Positions 1 to 10,145 of a stretch of 64,000 nucleotides of DNA are shown here, piece after piece (within the stretch, counting starts at the first letter, position 1; every line of letters starts with the position of its first letter). A model generated the notes under the pieces. That model saw nothing but the letters and a program-made list of their open reading frames with translations. It had not been told where the DNA came from and searched no databases. The position numbers and the translations under genes are program-made. This DNA is from Candidatus Hydrogenedentota bacterium (GTDB lineage: Bacteria; Hydrogenedentota; Hydrogenedentia; Hydrogenedentales; SLHB01), in assembly GCA_963745075.1 (NCBI GenBank), contig CAVUWV010000027.1:32001-96000 (forward strand), given 5' to 3'.

Positions 1-774
1 TATGGTCTCGATCAATGATGCCCGGCCACAGGGGAAGCTGGTGCTTATCTGGTCGTTGGAGACGACGCTGTTGTCGCGTGCGCCAGAGTATGGTCCCGCC
101 GAGACGCAGAGCACGGGGCCGGCCGGTCGTACATCCTTGGCGCCGCCACCGCTGAAATACAATAGCTCCGGATTCCGTGGCATCCAATCCGGAATCGGGG
201 CCAGCCCTGTGTCGAGCCGCCGCCGCCACGACCGGGGTGCGAGATTCTCAACCACAGGCACAAGCCGGCGGCGAGGCAACGAACCAGCCGGCTCTGTACA
301 ACGGCATCGCAATTCAGGGGTTTGCCGACAGTTTTGAGACGATTCAGCAATACGTGGCAAACCTGAAAGAATCGGGCGATTTCCTTGATGGAGATGGCGT
401 GTTTTACGATGACCGCTTCACCAATCCGGTCCCCCCGTCCGCCTTGGAAAATGCTACGTCTTACGGGGTTTCGGCCGGCAGTAGAACGTCCGTCGGACAT
501 GGGGGTTCGGGAGCAAGTTTGGGAAGTACTGGGAGCAGTCGACACGGCCGGGACGACGAGGACGGCGGTTCCGTTCTTAGCGGTCTCAGGGGTCTTCGCG
601 CGCCAAGCGGCCGCTCTACTGGGCCCGGGAACCAGCCCGCCGGAAAGTCTGTGGGCGTTGCCTAGTTCCATTTATACATTCCGCATCGATCTCCAATTCT
701 CCGGCGTGCCGGCGGATAAGCAAGAACCTCCGAGAACGGTACTGCCGTCCGGACGAACAGCGCATGGCCGGTAA
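1..774 (+). pseudogene. PilN-like type IV pilus/T2SS assembly protein, 5'-truncated by the window edge, with two apparent +1 frameshifts (~205 and ~655)
   Basis: Three successive frames join into one plausible protein: 2..337 (…LIWSLETT…), 177..665 (NGIAIQGFADSFETIQQYVANLKES, PilN-like) and the tail of 385..774 (LPSSIYTFRIDLQF). It lies upstream of pilO/P/secretin-like genes. The breaks may be sequencing errors. Confidence 0.55.
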
Positions 775-792
775 GGTAGGTAAGAGGAGCGC

Positions 793-1702
793 ATGAAGAA
801 GCAGCATATCATTACGATCCTGGTATTGCTCGTCGTTGCTCGGCGCGGGGGGCGCGGTTTATCAGTTCTATTTCAAGGAACAGGTGGATAGGTACAACGC
901 CAACGCGATCTATCTGAAATCGATCGAGAACAAACGTGCCGACTTGGATCGGAAGTTCAATGGTAAGAAGCCGGATGAGATGGTTGCCCGCTATCGGCAG
1001 CTCGTCAATCCTTGGATCGACGCCGCTGAAAGTCGTGCGCGAATCTTCAACATCGAGGATTATACCAAGGTCGATCCGGTCCCCGAAGGGGTTCTCGCAC
1101 GGCCGTATTATATCGAGCATGTGGAGGGAATGAAGAACCAGCTCCTCACGGACGCATATAACGCCGGTGTGGCGTTGGTGAACGTGGACACCTATTTCGG
1201 GCGTCCAACCCCCGCCGATCTGTCCAGTACCACGATAACGGCGAACGACGCGACGAACTGGCTGAGCGAGGTCCAATTAGGCTCGTCCATCATTCGTCTG
1301 CTCATATCGAAGGGTGCCATCCAAATCAACAATTTCGATATGTGGCCGGAGGAGTTGAAGGCAGAAATATTCTTGAGGCGCACATTCGGCGTGGATATGT
1401 GGATTCGGATGAGCAATTTCTGCAAGCTCGTCCAGGACCTGCAGTATGACGACCGTACCTTTTTTACCGTTGCGTCATTCCGCCTTCAAAATCCGCAACT
1501 CCGCAGCTACGATCCGCCGTTGCACGTCGAATTGATCATTACGATGGCGGACTACAAACCGCCAAAGGAGCTACAGAAAGCCACAGAAACTGGCGGCGCC
1601 TCGGTCGCCTCGAACGGCGCATCGCAATTGGATCAGGCCTTGGACCGCGTGCAGCAGACGCGATTGAATCGAGAATCGGAGACACAAAATTCCACGGAAT
1701 AA
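793..1702 (+). CDS. PilO-like assembly protein with an N-terminal TM helix; +1 frameshift near 835
   Basis: RBS AAGAGGAG precedes ATG 793 (MKKQHIITILVLLVV). This joins ORF 836..1702 (LGAGGAVYQFYF, coiled coil, then FCKLVQDLQYDDRTFFTVASFRL) only through a +1 shift. Operon position fits PilO. Confidence 0.55.
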
Positions 1703-1831
1703 CAAATGGGCCGGAGGAACCGGCGCGTGGGTGCGTCGTGTGCACGAGATGTGCGGCGAGCGTACAACATACAATGATGGACATGGTGATGACGGCGTTT
1801 CCGCAGAGGAAGGTTTCAGGCAAACAGTCCA

Positions 1832-2357
1832 ATGAATGATTTTCTGACAATCCTGCAGAAGACCGGCGCATGGATATGGAATCAGAAGGAAAAGATGGTC
1901 CTCCTGATTCTCGTGGGTGTGTTGTGTTTCCGGGTGTATCAAGTCGTCAACGGGCCGCCGCCTCAGGACAGCGACGTCGGGATCGGCGACTTCGTCGAAT
2001 GAGCCGGAACCTAAAGCACCCGCTTCCCGTAAGGAGCGCATCCGGCCCGTTGAGTACCAAAGTCTGGTTCAGCGAAACCCCTTCTCAATCTGGGGCATAT
2101 CCAGCGGCGGAGAGGATCAGCGGGGCGGCGAAGAGCGTATCGACCTGACTCTGGTTCGAATAGTCCCTTGGAACGATGGGACTTATCGGGCTGAAATCGT
2201 CAGTTCCCGCGATGCTCGACCCCGGCGGTATGAAGAGGGGGAACCCTTTGAAGGCTACCGAATCATCAGCATCGATCCGGCCGCCAATACGGTCACAGTG
2301 TATTCGAGCGAATACGACAAGAATTTTACGCTTAAGGCCCAACAAGCGGCACCTTGA
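1832..2357 (+). CDS. PilP/GspC-like assembly protein; +1 frameshift near 1975
   Basis: ATG 1832 gives MNDFLTILQKTGAWIWNQKEKMVLLILVGVLCFRVYQ (TM helix), which stops at ~2002. ORF 1917..2357 carries RNPF and YEEGEPFEGYRIISID (PilP/GspC-like beta domain). Confidence 0.55.
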
Positions 2358-2412
2358 GCGGGGAGAGTGAATTGAGTATAGTTGATAAAAATTGCGGGAG
2401 GAATACACGCTC

Positions 2413-5400
2413 ATGAGTAACTGGTTGCCGCGGTCGACCACCGCACACAGCCTCATTGTTGCCTTGCTGGTTACCTTCATGGCGCCCGTCGCCGGGGTCG
2501 CCATAGCCCAGCAATCCGATGCCCCGGCATCGGCTGATGCAGCAAGTACAGCAGGGGACAGCGCCGCTCCCGAAGGGATCTCCGAGGCCGATAAATACTA
2601 TCGGGAAGGATTGTCCCTATACAGCCAAGATATGTATCGGGAAGCGCTGAACGAATTCAACCGAGCCTTAGCCTTGGATCCCAATCACGAAAACGCCCAA
2701 AAAATGGTCGTTAAATGTGAGGGTAAGATTCAAATGGCTGCGGCCGGCGAAAAGCCAAGCGCAGTCGAAAGCTTCAATGTCTTCGACCCCGGAACAATCA
2801 AGAGCGAATCCGAGGGTGGCGCCCCGGAGTCCGCGGAAGACCTGAAGTACTCGCGGACGAAAGAGTTGATGGAACAAGGACAGTTCTATCTCGAAAACAG
2901 AAAGTACTCGAAAGCGCAACAGTACTTCGAGCAAATCCTCTTGATCGATCCCGGCAATAAAACAGCGACTCGACTGCTCGCCGAGGCCACCGTGGGAGCC
3001 TACAAGGACCAACTCCACGAGGACTGGCAACAGTTGGAGATCGACCGGCAGAAAATCCGGTCCGGCATCGAACGAACCAAGCTGCTTCCGGACGGGTCCG
3101 ATGACAAGGGGATCAAAGCCCCGCAGATTTCGGTGCCTGTTGAGGAAGAGCAGTATGCGACCGAGAAGGAAAAGACCGACGTCGAAAAGGCGTTGGATTC
3201 GCCGGTCTCGATCGAATTTGAAGATGAACACATTACGCGTATCACCGACTTCGTTGCCGAATACGTGGGGATCAACATCGTCGTTGACGCACGTGTAGTA
3301 CTACCCCCGCGGCAGACGCCCCCGGCCACTGCAGGCCCTGGAGGCGCAACGCCGTATCCGGGGGCAGTACCGCCTGCGGGCGGCGGTACGGGAGTCCCCG
3401 GCGGGCTTCCTCCGGGTGCGCTTCCCACCCCGGGAGCGGGAGGACTTCCGCAGCGCGGGCTCGGTTCGCTGAATCCCGGCGGGCTTCAGTATCAGCAGCC
3501 TGGACAGCAACAGACGGTTACGGGTGAAGAAGTCACGGACGGATACGTCCCTTATATCAAGCTCGAGGATGTTCCCCTCAGTGACGCCCTAAAAGCCTTA
3601 TTGCGTCCTTTGAATTTGTCCTATTCCGTACAGCCCGGTTTCCTGTGGATTAGCACCGCGGAGAAGATCCGTACGGAATCTTTTGAAGAACTCGAAACCC
3701 GCATCTACGAACTCCGCAACGCGGGCGCCGAAACGCTGTATAAGATTGTCGTCCGCAACCCCGGTGGCGAAGGCTCTCAAAACTTCGGGATTGGCGGCGG
3801 TGGCGGGGGCGGCTACGGTGGTGGCGGCTACGGTGGTGGCGGCGGCAACTTTGGTGGTGGCGGCGGCAGCTTTGGTGGTGGTGGCGGCAGCTTTGGTGGT
3901 GGCGGCGGCAACTTTGGTGGTGGCGGCGGCAGCTTTGGTGGTGGTGGCGGCAACTTTGGCGGCGGCGGCTACGGTGGTGGTGGCGGCGGCTACGGCGGTG
4001 GTGGTGGCGGCTACGGCGGCGGTGGCGGCGGCTACGGCGGCGGTGGCGGCGGCTACGGCGGCGGTCGCGGTGGCGGCGGTGGCGGCTACGGCGGCGGCGG
4101 ACGTCAATTCTCGAATATCTCTGATCTTTTCGGTAGCATTTCTGATACCCTCGTTGGTGAAACGCCGGCCGTAATTGGTCTGAGCGCAAGCGGAACTGGC
4201 CTCACAGCAGGCTCTCTCGGGGGCGGCGCCGCCGGTGGTGGCGGCCGTGGCGGCCGTGGCGGCCGTGGCGGAGCAGGCGGACTCGGTGCCCAAGGGGGTG
4301 CCGCCGGTGGTCAGTATGGTGGCGGTCTTCAGGGCAGTCAATACGGCGAATCGAGCACCAGTCTGGGCGGCGCGTCCGGCTTGGGTGGTTTCCAGGGGCA
4401 GGCGGAAGTTCTCACGATTCTCGAGAACGCAATCCCGCCGGTTATCGAACCGTACACGGGCGAAGTGCTGTCTTGGATGGTCTACAATCCAGCCATTAAC
4501 CAATTGCTGGTTCATTCGACGCCAACCTATCTGAACACGTTGGAGGAGTTGATCTCGAATCTCGACGTGACTCCGAAGCAGGTGAGCATCGAGTCGAAAT
4601 TTGTCACGATTAGTGTGAGCGACATGGACAAGATCGGGTTCACGTGGGATGTCACATTGAGCGATCAGAACGATCGGTCGCGTCAAATTGCGGACCTGCA
4701 GGATGCAACGCGTTCGTATGACGTAGACGGTGACGGCACGCTGGAGAGTATTCCGTTCTACTCGAAGCCCGATGGCACCCAAGTCATCGACAACACCGTC
4801 CTTTCAAGCGTTATCAACGCGGCGGCGAATCCGGGACCGGCCGGCACGACTTCGATTGCCGGCACGATTCTGAATAACGCCGACGGTGACACGCTCAGCG
4901 TGACGATGGATTATCTCAACAGCTTGACGGATACCGAGTTGCTGAGTGCGCCGCGCGTGACCACCATGAACCGGAAACCGGCGGTCATTGCCGACATCCT
5001 GACGCAGACGTTCAATACGCAGGTGATTTCAACGTTGCAGACGAGCGATGCCGGCTTTGGCGGCACACCGACGACCAGCGCGCAACAGCAGTTGCTGTTC
5101 ACGCAATTCTTCTTCGGGATTACCCTGTCGGTTACGCCGCAGATCACGGGCGGCAATCAGGTGCGTCTGTGGCTCAATCCTCAGGTGACGACCCAGGCGG
5201 GCATCGATTCCTTTGTCCAGCGCAGTGTCATCAACGGGGACACGCTCGAAGCGGAGATTTCGTTCCCGCGTACCTCGATTCAATCCGTCTGGACGAACGT
5301 CATCGTGCATGACGGCGATACGCTGGTGCTCGGCGGCTTGATTACGGACCGAACCACGAAAGGGCAGGAGAAACTTCCGTACCTGGCGGATATCCCGGTA

Positions 5401-5517
5401 ATCGGATTCCTGTTCCGCGGCAAGTCTTCGGAAATCAACCAGTCCAGCCTGCTCATCTTCGTCACGGTTGATATTATCGACCCGACCGGTGCGCGCTTCT
5501 TCGAAGCGGCATCGTAA
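2413..5517 (+). CDS. Secretin (PilQ/GspD family) with signal peptide, TPR repeats, STN/N3 domains and long low-complexity insertions
   Basis: C-terminal secretin motifs: LDVTPKQVSIESKFV, LLSAPRVTTMN, GITLSVTPQI, DGDTLVLGGL, LPYLADIPVIGFLFR. N-terminal TPR: ALNEFNRALALDP. RBS GGGAGG precedes ATG 2413. Confidence 0.92.
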   Translation: MSNWLPRSTTAHSLIVALLVTFMAPVAGVAIAQQSDAPASADAASTAGDSAAPEGISEADKYYREGLSLYSQDMYREALNEFNRALALDPNHENAQKMVVKCEGKIQMAAAGEKPSAVESFNVFDPGTIKSESEGGAPESAEDLKYSRTKELMEQGQFYLENRKYSKAQQYFEQILLIDPGNKTATRLLAEATVGAYKDQLHEDWQQLEIDRQKIRSGIERTKLLPDGSDDKGIKAPQISVPVEEEQYATEKEKTDVEKALDSPVSIEFEDEHITRITDFVAEYVGINIVVDARVVLPPRQTPPATAGPGGATPYPGAVPPAGGGTGVPGGLPPGALPTPGAGGLPQRGLGSLNPGGLQYQQPGQQQTVTGEEVTDGYVPYIKLEDVPLSDALKALLRPLNLSYSVQPGFLWISTAEKIRTESFEELETRIYELRNAGAETLYKIVVRNPGGEGSQNFGIGGGGGGGYGGGGYGGGGGNFGGGGGSFGGGGGSFGGGGGNFGGGGGSFGGGGGNFGGGGYGGGGGGYGGGGGGYGGGGGGYGGGGGGYGGGRGGGGGGYGGGGRQFSNISDLFGSISDTLVGETPAVIGLSASGTGLTAGSLGGGAAGGGGRGGRGGRGGAGGLGAQGGAAGGQYGGGLQGSQYGESSTSLGGASGLGGFQGQAEVLTILENAIPPVIEPYTGEVLSWMVYNPAINQLLVHSTPTYLNTLEELISNLDVTPKQVSIESKFVTISVSDMDKIGFTWDVTLSDQNDRSRQIADLQDATRSYDVDGDGTLESIPFYSKPDGTQVIDNTVLSSVINAAANPGPAGTTSIAGTILNNADGDTLSVTMDYLNSLTDTELLSAPRVTTMNRKPAVIADILTQTFNTQVISTLQTSDAGFGGTPTTSAQQQLLFTQFFFGITLSVTPQITGGNQVRLWLNPQVTTQAGIDSFVQRSVINGDTLEAEISFPRTSIQSVWTNVIVHDGDTLVLGGLITDRTTKGQEKLPYLADIPVIGFLFRGKSSEINQSSLLIFVTVDIIDPTGARFFEAAS
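3784..4103 (+). repeat. Intragenic tandem repeat (15-21 bp units) encoding G4-6-[S/N]F and G4-6-Y units
   Basis: Repeated ggcggc(agc/aac)tttggtggt and ggcggctacggcggcggt units are directly visible. Confidence 0.95.
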
Positions 5518-5540
5518 GCATCCATCAACGTACACGATTA

Positions 5541-5577
5541 CGGGCGGTCCGGAACGAATCGGACCGCCCGTTCCTTA
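5541..5577 (+). terminator. Stem-loop (probable terminator) after the secretin gene
   Basis: CGGGCGGTCCG-N8-CGGACCGCCCG is a perfect 11-bp inverted repeat followed by TTCCTT. Confidence 0.65.
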
Positions 5578-5584
5578 TCATGGC

Positions 5585-6847
5585 ATGATCTACGCCATCT
5601 ACGACATCGCAACGACACTGACGGCGCCTGTGGCGGCGGGCTGGCTGGCCCTTCGTCCTCGTTTGCGTCCCCTCCTGGCTCGCTTCCATCCTCAGACACC
5701 CTCTCTTCCCGGCCGACCGGTTTGGTTTCAGGCATGCAGCGTCGGTGAACTTGGCGTTACCGCAACCCTGATCCGGCGGTCGGTGGACCGTTGGCCAGAC
5801 ACGCCCTTCCTCATCAGCGCCTCGACCCTTTCCGGCCGAAAGCGCGCCGGTGAATTGCTCCCGGACACGCCGTTTGCATGGTTTCCCGTCGACCAACGGA
5901 ATGTCGTTTCAGGTTTTTTGCGGCGGGTGCGTCCCCGCATGGTGGTACTCGTCGAGACAGAAATCTGGCCGAACGTCATTCGTCTTGCGAAACGGAGCGG
6001 CGTCCCGGTCGTTATTGTGAACGGACGAATCAGCGACCGCCATTACCCCCGGTACTTGCGTTACCGCACATTACTTCGCCCTGTCCTGCAACAACTATCG
6101 GGGGTCGGAGCCCAGAATCCAACCTACGCTGAACGATTCGAACGACTTGGTGTTCCCCATAGCCGCATCCGCGTGACCGGCAACGCTAAATTCGACGGCT
6201 TGCTCAAACGCGTCGACGAAGAGAAGATTGCAGCCATTCGTGCCGAGACGGGGTTAGTTGCCGACGGGCCGGTTGTCGTCTTCGGCAGTACGCGGCCGGG
6301 CGACGAAGTGTTGGCCGCTGCGTGCTGGCGCGTCGTTCGCGAGGCATTTCCGCAGGCGCGACTCGTTGTTGCGCCGCGGCATCTCGAGCGCGTTCCTGAG
6401 GCACGGTCCCTTTTCGACGAGCCCGTCCGCCTGCGCTCCGCCGGCGGCACGGCGCGTTCACGCGCCCGGGTGGTCGTGGTTGATACGCTCGGGGAATTGA
6501 TCTACTTCTACGCACTGGCCGACATCGCGGTCGTGGGCGGAAGTTTCTTTCCCGGGGTGAACGGGCACAATCCCCTGGAACCCGCTGCGCTGGGGATCCC
6601 CACCGTGTTCGGGCCCTACATGAGCAACTTTATGGATCCGGCCACGGCATTGGTAAGCCACGGCGGTGCGGTTCAAGTCGACCGGCCGGAAGAACTCTGC
6701 GACACGCTGATGCGCCTCATGCATTCCCCCGAGGCGACACAACGTCTCGTGGCCTGCGCCCGCTCCGCGATACGAGCAAATGAAGGCGCAACCGAGCGAA
6801 CCGTGGAGTTCTTGGACGCGATCCTGAACGATGGTGCGAGCCGATGA
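5585..6847 (+). CDS. waaA: 3-deoxy-D-manno-octulosonic acid (Kdo) transferase
   Basis: Motifs VWFQACSVGE, LVETEIWPN, VNGRIS, TGNAKFD, VAPRHLER, DTLGEL, GGS…GHNPLEPAA. Confidence 0.93.
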   Translation: MIYAIYDIATTLTAPVAAGWLALRPRLRPLLARFHPQTPSLPGRPVWFQACSVGELGVTATLIRRSVDRWPDTPFLISASTLSGRKRAGELLPDTPFAWFPVDQRNVVSGFLRRVRPRMVVLVETEIWPNVIRLAKRSGVPVVIVNGRISDRHYPRYLRYRTLLRPVLQQLSGVGAQNPTYAERFERLGVPHSRIRVTGNAKFDGLLKRVDEEKIAAIRAETGLVADGPVVVFGSTRPGDEVLAAACWRVVREAFPQARLVVAPRHLERVPEARSLFDEPVRLRSAGGTARSRARVVVVDTLGELIYFYALADIAVVGGSFFPGVNGHNPLEPAALGIPTVFGPYMSNFMDPATALVSHGGAVQVDRPEELCDTLMRLMHSPEATQRLVACARSAIRANEGATERTVEFLDAILNDGASR

Positions 6848-7976
6848 GCGCGCCACTCGCGACGTTGGCGCCGGAACGTGTTGCATGGAGAACGAGTGTG
6901 TCTCTGTACAGGGAAGAAAGCGCGACGACGTGAACGGATTGGTCGTATGGGGTGTTGGCATTCTTGCATTCGCCGCCTGTCTACTGTTTCGCCGGCCCCT
7001 TGGAACCGCGGGCGACACTTTCCTCGCCCGGTTGGACGACATCTTCGACCATGCCCGGTTAGCCCGATTCGGCGACGCTCCCAGCGCAGTCCTGCTGCTC
7101 GTTCCGGCTCTCATCATCCTCACCGCGTTTGGGTTTGCGCCCCTCCTGTATGCGGTCTACATCAGCCTCTTCGATGTTCGGGCAGGCGAATTTGTTGCGG
7201 TGGAGAATTATGCGCGCGCCTGGAACGATCCGGAGTTCTGGGGCAGCATCCGCGTGACGATCTACTACGCGCTCGGTACGATTCCCAGTACGCTCGTTTT
7301 GAGTTTCGCTGTCGCGTGGCTGCTCTTTCGCCTGGGGCGCGGGCGCGGGTTGTTCCGAACCGCGTACTTTCTTCCGTACATCACCTCCGTGGTTGCCGCG
7401 GCTACCGTATGGCGTGTCCTGTTGCGACCTCATTCGGGTTACGTGAACGCACTCTTTCAGGCGGTGGGCCTTCCCCCCCAGACCTGGCTCATCGAGCCGC
7501 GCGGCGTGCTATACCTGTTGACCCACGGGTGGTTCGCGCCCGATACGGGGCCGAGTCTCGCATTGTGTTGCATCATCGCATTTGACGTTTGGCACGCCAG
7601 CGGTTTTGCCATCGTTATTTTCCTCGCGGGGTTGACGGCGATTCCACGGGAACTGGAGGAAGCGGCCATCATCGACGGCGCCGGACCGTTCCAGGTTCTT
7701 CGCAGCGTAATCCTCCCGCTGCTGTCGCCGACGGTGTTCTTCCTCTTCATCGTCAGCGCAATCAAGGCCTTCCAGTCATTCAACAGCTTCTATACCCTTA
7801 CCAACACCGCGCGAAGCACCGACACGCAGAATCTGGTGATCTATATCTACGCACAGCTCTACGAGAACCAGCGGTATGGATACGGCGCCACCATTGCCGT
7901 CTGCCTGTGCGTAGCCATCGTCGTGCTGACGCTCCTGCAATGGCGTTTCCTGGGCCGGAAAGTGCACTACCAATGA
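6831..7976 (+). CDS. Carbohydrate ABC transporter permease (start uncertain)
   Basis: FRTAYFLPYITS, EAA loop (IPRELEEAAIIDGA), multiple TM helices. Confidence 0.9.
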   Translation: MVRADERATRDVGAGTCCMENECVSVQGRKRDDVNGLVVWGVGILAFAACLLFRRPLGTAGDTFLARLDDIFDHARLARFGDAPSAVLLLVPALIILTAFGFAPLLYAVYISLFDVRAGEFVAVENYARAWNDPEFWGSIRVTIYYALGTIPSTLVLSFAVAWLLFRLGRGRGLFRTAYFLPYITSVVAAATVWRVLLRPHSGYVNALFQAVGLPPQTWLIEPRGVLYLLTHGWFAPDTGPSLALCCIIAFDVWHASGFAIVIFLAGLTAIPRELEEAAIIDGAGPFQVLRSVILPLLSPTVFFLFIVSAIKAFQSFNSFYTLTNTARSTDTQNLVIYIYAQLYENQRYGYGATIAVCLCVAIVVLTLLQWRFLGRKVHYQ

Positions 7977-8785
7977 ACCGGCGGATACTCTCGTACACGA
8001 TTCTGGCCGCAGGTGCGATGGTGACAACCTTCCCCTTCATGTGGATGATTGGGACGGCGTTCATGTCCGACCGGGAGGCATCCTCGATGTCACTGAGTTT
8101 CTGGCCGGCCGTATGGCATTGGGACAACGTCGCGCAGACGTTTCGGGCCGCCCCGTTCGGACAATATTTTTACAACAGCTTCCTGGTTGCCGCGATTGTT
8201 ACGGCGTCGGTCGTACTCACTTCTCTCTTGGCCGGGTACGCCTTCGCCCGGCTTCGATTCCTCGGAAACCGGCTGGTGTTCGCCCTCGTACTCGCCACGA
8301 TGATGATCCCGTTCGAGGTGACGCTCATTCCCAATTTCCTGATCATCCGCGATTTGGGCTGGTACAACACCTACGCAGCGCTGATCGTGCCCTGGTGTGC
8401 GAACGCCTTCTCCATCTTCCTTCTGCGTCAGGCCTTTCTGGCCCTTCCCGGAGACTATTACGATGCCGCCAAAATCGATGGATGCGGGCATCTGCGATTC
8501 CTGGTCCGCGTCGCCGCGCCGCTGGTGAAACCCACTGTGGTTACCGTCGCCCTGTTCGCTTTTCTCGGAAGCTACAACGCCCTCATGTGGCCGATCATTG
8601 TCACCAGCGATAAGGAAATGCGCGTCGTCCAGTATGGGCTAACTGTCTTTTGGGGCGAGGGCGGAGTGCGCGTGAACCTGCTGATGTGCGCGTCCGCCAT
8701 TGTCATCCTTCCCACCGTGGCGATATACTTCGCGGCACAACGGTATTTTCTCGAAAGTTCGCTCAGCGCCGGTATCAAAGGGTAA
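7973..8785 (+). CDS. Carbohydrate ABC transporter permease
   Basis: LAGYAFARLRF, MIPFEVTLIPNF, DAAKIDG loop. ATGA overlap with the upstream permease. Confidence 0.92.
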   Translation: MNRRILSYTILAAGAMVTTFPFMWMIGTAFMSDREASSMSLSFWPAVWHWDNVAQTFRAAPFGQYFYNSFLVAAIVTASVVLTSLLAGYAFARLRFLGNRLVFALVLATMMIPFEVTLIPNFLIIRDLGWYNTYAALIVPWCANAFSIFLLRQAFLALPGDYYDAAKIDGCGHLRFLVRVAAPLVKPTVVTVALFAFLGSYNALMWPIIVTSDKEMRVVQYGLTVFWGEGGVRVNLLMCASAIVILPTVAIYFAAQRYFLESSLSAGIKG

Positions 8786-8792
8786 GCCCGCC

Positions 8793-10118
8793 ATGTTCGG
8801 TCGAAAGACGTTCCACGTTCTTGTACTGCTTTTCGCGACGGGTTTTTTGATGCGTTGCGGCGTGCCGGGACGCTCGCCCGGAACATCGCCCGGTGCGAAC
8901 GGCGCGTTCACCCCAATCGACAAGAAGGCCGTCGTACTCTGGGATCGACAAACCCTGGAAACCGCCGATTTGATCGGCCAAATCGCAGACGATTTCAACG
9001 CCCAATCGCCTGGTTTGCCGGTGAAAGTGGAACACCTTGGCGGATACTCGGACATCAACCGCAAGGTCTCCGTCAGCATTCAGGCGGGCGTACTCCCTGC
9101 CATGGCGGTCGGTTACGCGACAATGACCAGCGAGTACCTGCATTCCGGCGCCGTGGCCCCGCTCGACCCGTTCGTGAACGATCCCGAAGCGGGTCTTTCC
9201 AAGGACGATTTGGCCGACTTCTTTCCCGGCATGATGGCGACGAACGTCTATCCTCAATTTGGCGGAAAAATCTATTCGTTTCCCTTCACAAAGAGCGTGC
9301 TCATGATGTACTTCAACAAGCGCGTTCTGAAATCCGCGGGAATCGACGATCCGCCGACGACTTGGGAAGAGTTTCTGGACCAATGCCGGCGGATCAAGGC
9401 CAAGGTGGGTATCAGCGCCTACGCAGTGGACATCGATTGCTCGACGATCGACGGGATGATCTACAGCATGGGCGGTGCGTTGGTGCGCGATTCGGAATCC
9501 CTTTTCGATCGACCGCCCGCGGTGAAAGTTTTTGAACTGCTCGAAACGCTGGCCAAGGAAGATCTGGCGTTTCGCATCCAACCCGGTACCTATGACGACC
9601 GAGAGGAATTCGCCCGCGACCGGGCGGCATTCTTTTTCCGATCGAGCAGTCACCGGCCCTATACCGCCGCGCTCATGGCCGCGGCTCCCGATGCCTGGGG
9701 AATGGCGATAATACCCCAGGCCGATCCTGCCAATCCGGTTACGGTGCTGTACGGGGGCGACATCAGCATTTTTCGCACCACTCCCGAACAAGAGCGCAGG
9801 GCATGGGGATTTGTGAAGTACTTTACATCTCCCAAGGTCTCGGTCCAATGGGCTCTTGGAAGCGGGTATTTGCCGATCCGGAAGTCGGCGGCGCGCGACC
9901 CGGATATGCAGGCGTTCTTCGATCGTTGGGAGTACAACCGCGCTGCCTTCGATTGTTTGCCCTACGCCCGGCCCGAACCAAACGTCGTCGGTTGGCAGGA
10001 AGTGCGTACCCTGGTGGAACGCGCGGCATCGGAGGTGATGACCGGTCTGAAATCGGCCGATACCGCCGCATCGGATTTGAAACGAAAGGCCGACGCTGTA
10101 TTGAAAGGGGCGCAATAG
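8793..10118 (+). CDS. ABC transporter substrate-binding protein (UgpB/sugar family), probable lipoprotein
   Basis: Signal peptide ending in Cys. YSFPFTKSVLMMYFNK, PPTTWEEF, AWGFVKYFTS, SGYLPIRKS. Confidence 0.9.
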   Translation: MFGRKTFHVLVLLFATGFLMRCGVPGRSPGTSPGANGAFTPIDKKAVVLWDRQTLETADLIGQIADDFNAQSPGLPVKVEHLGGYSDINRKVSVSIQAGVLPAMAVGYATMTSEYLHSGAVAPLDPFVNDPEAGLSKDDLADFFPGMMATNVYPQFGGKIYSFPFTKSVLMMYFNKRVLKSAGIDDPPTTWEEFLDQCRRIKAKVGISAYAVDIDCSTIDGMIYSMGGALVRDSESLFDRPPAVKVFELLETLAKEDLAFRIQPGTYDDREEFARDRAAFFFRSSSHRPYTAALMAAAPDAWGMAIIPQADPANPVTVLYGGDISIFRTTPEQERRAWGFVKYFTSPKVSVQWALGSGYLPIRKSAARDPDMQAFFDRWEYNRAAFDCLPYARPEPNVVGWQEVRTLVERAASEVMTGLKSADTAASDLKRKADAVLKGAQ

Positions 10119-10145
10119 ACCTCGTCCGCCCCGGGACCGAACCGA

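Noticed and set aside
3784..4103. CRISPR array
   Set aside because: The repeats are contiguous in-frame glycine codons without unique spacers, and there are no cas genes. The same applies to 12850-13120.
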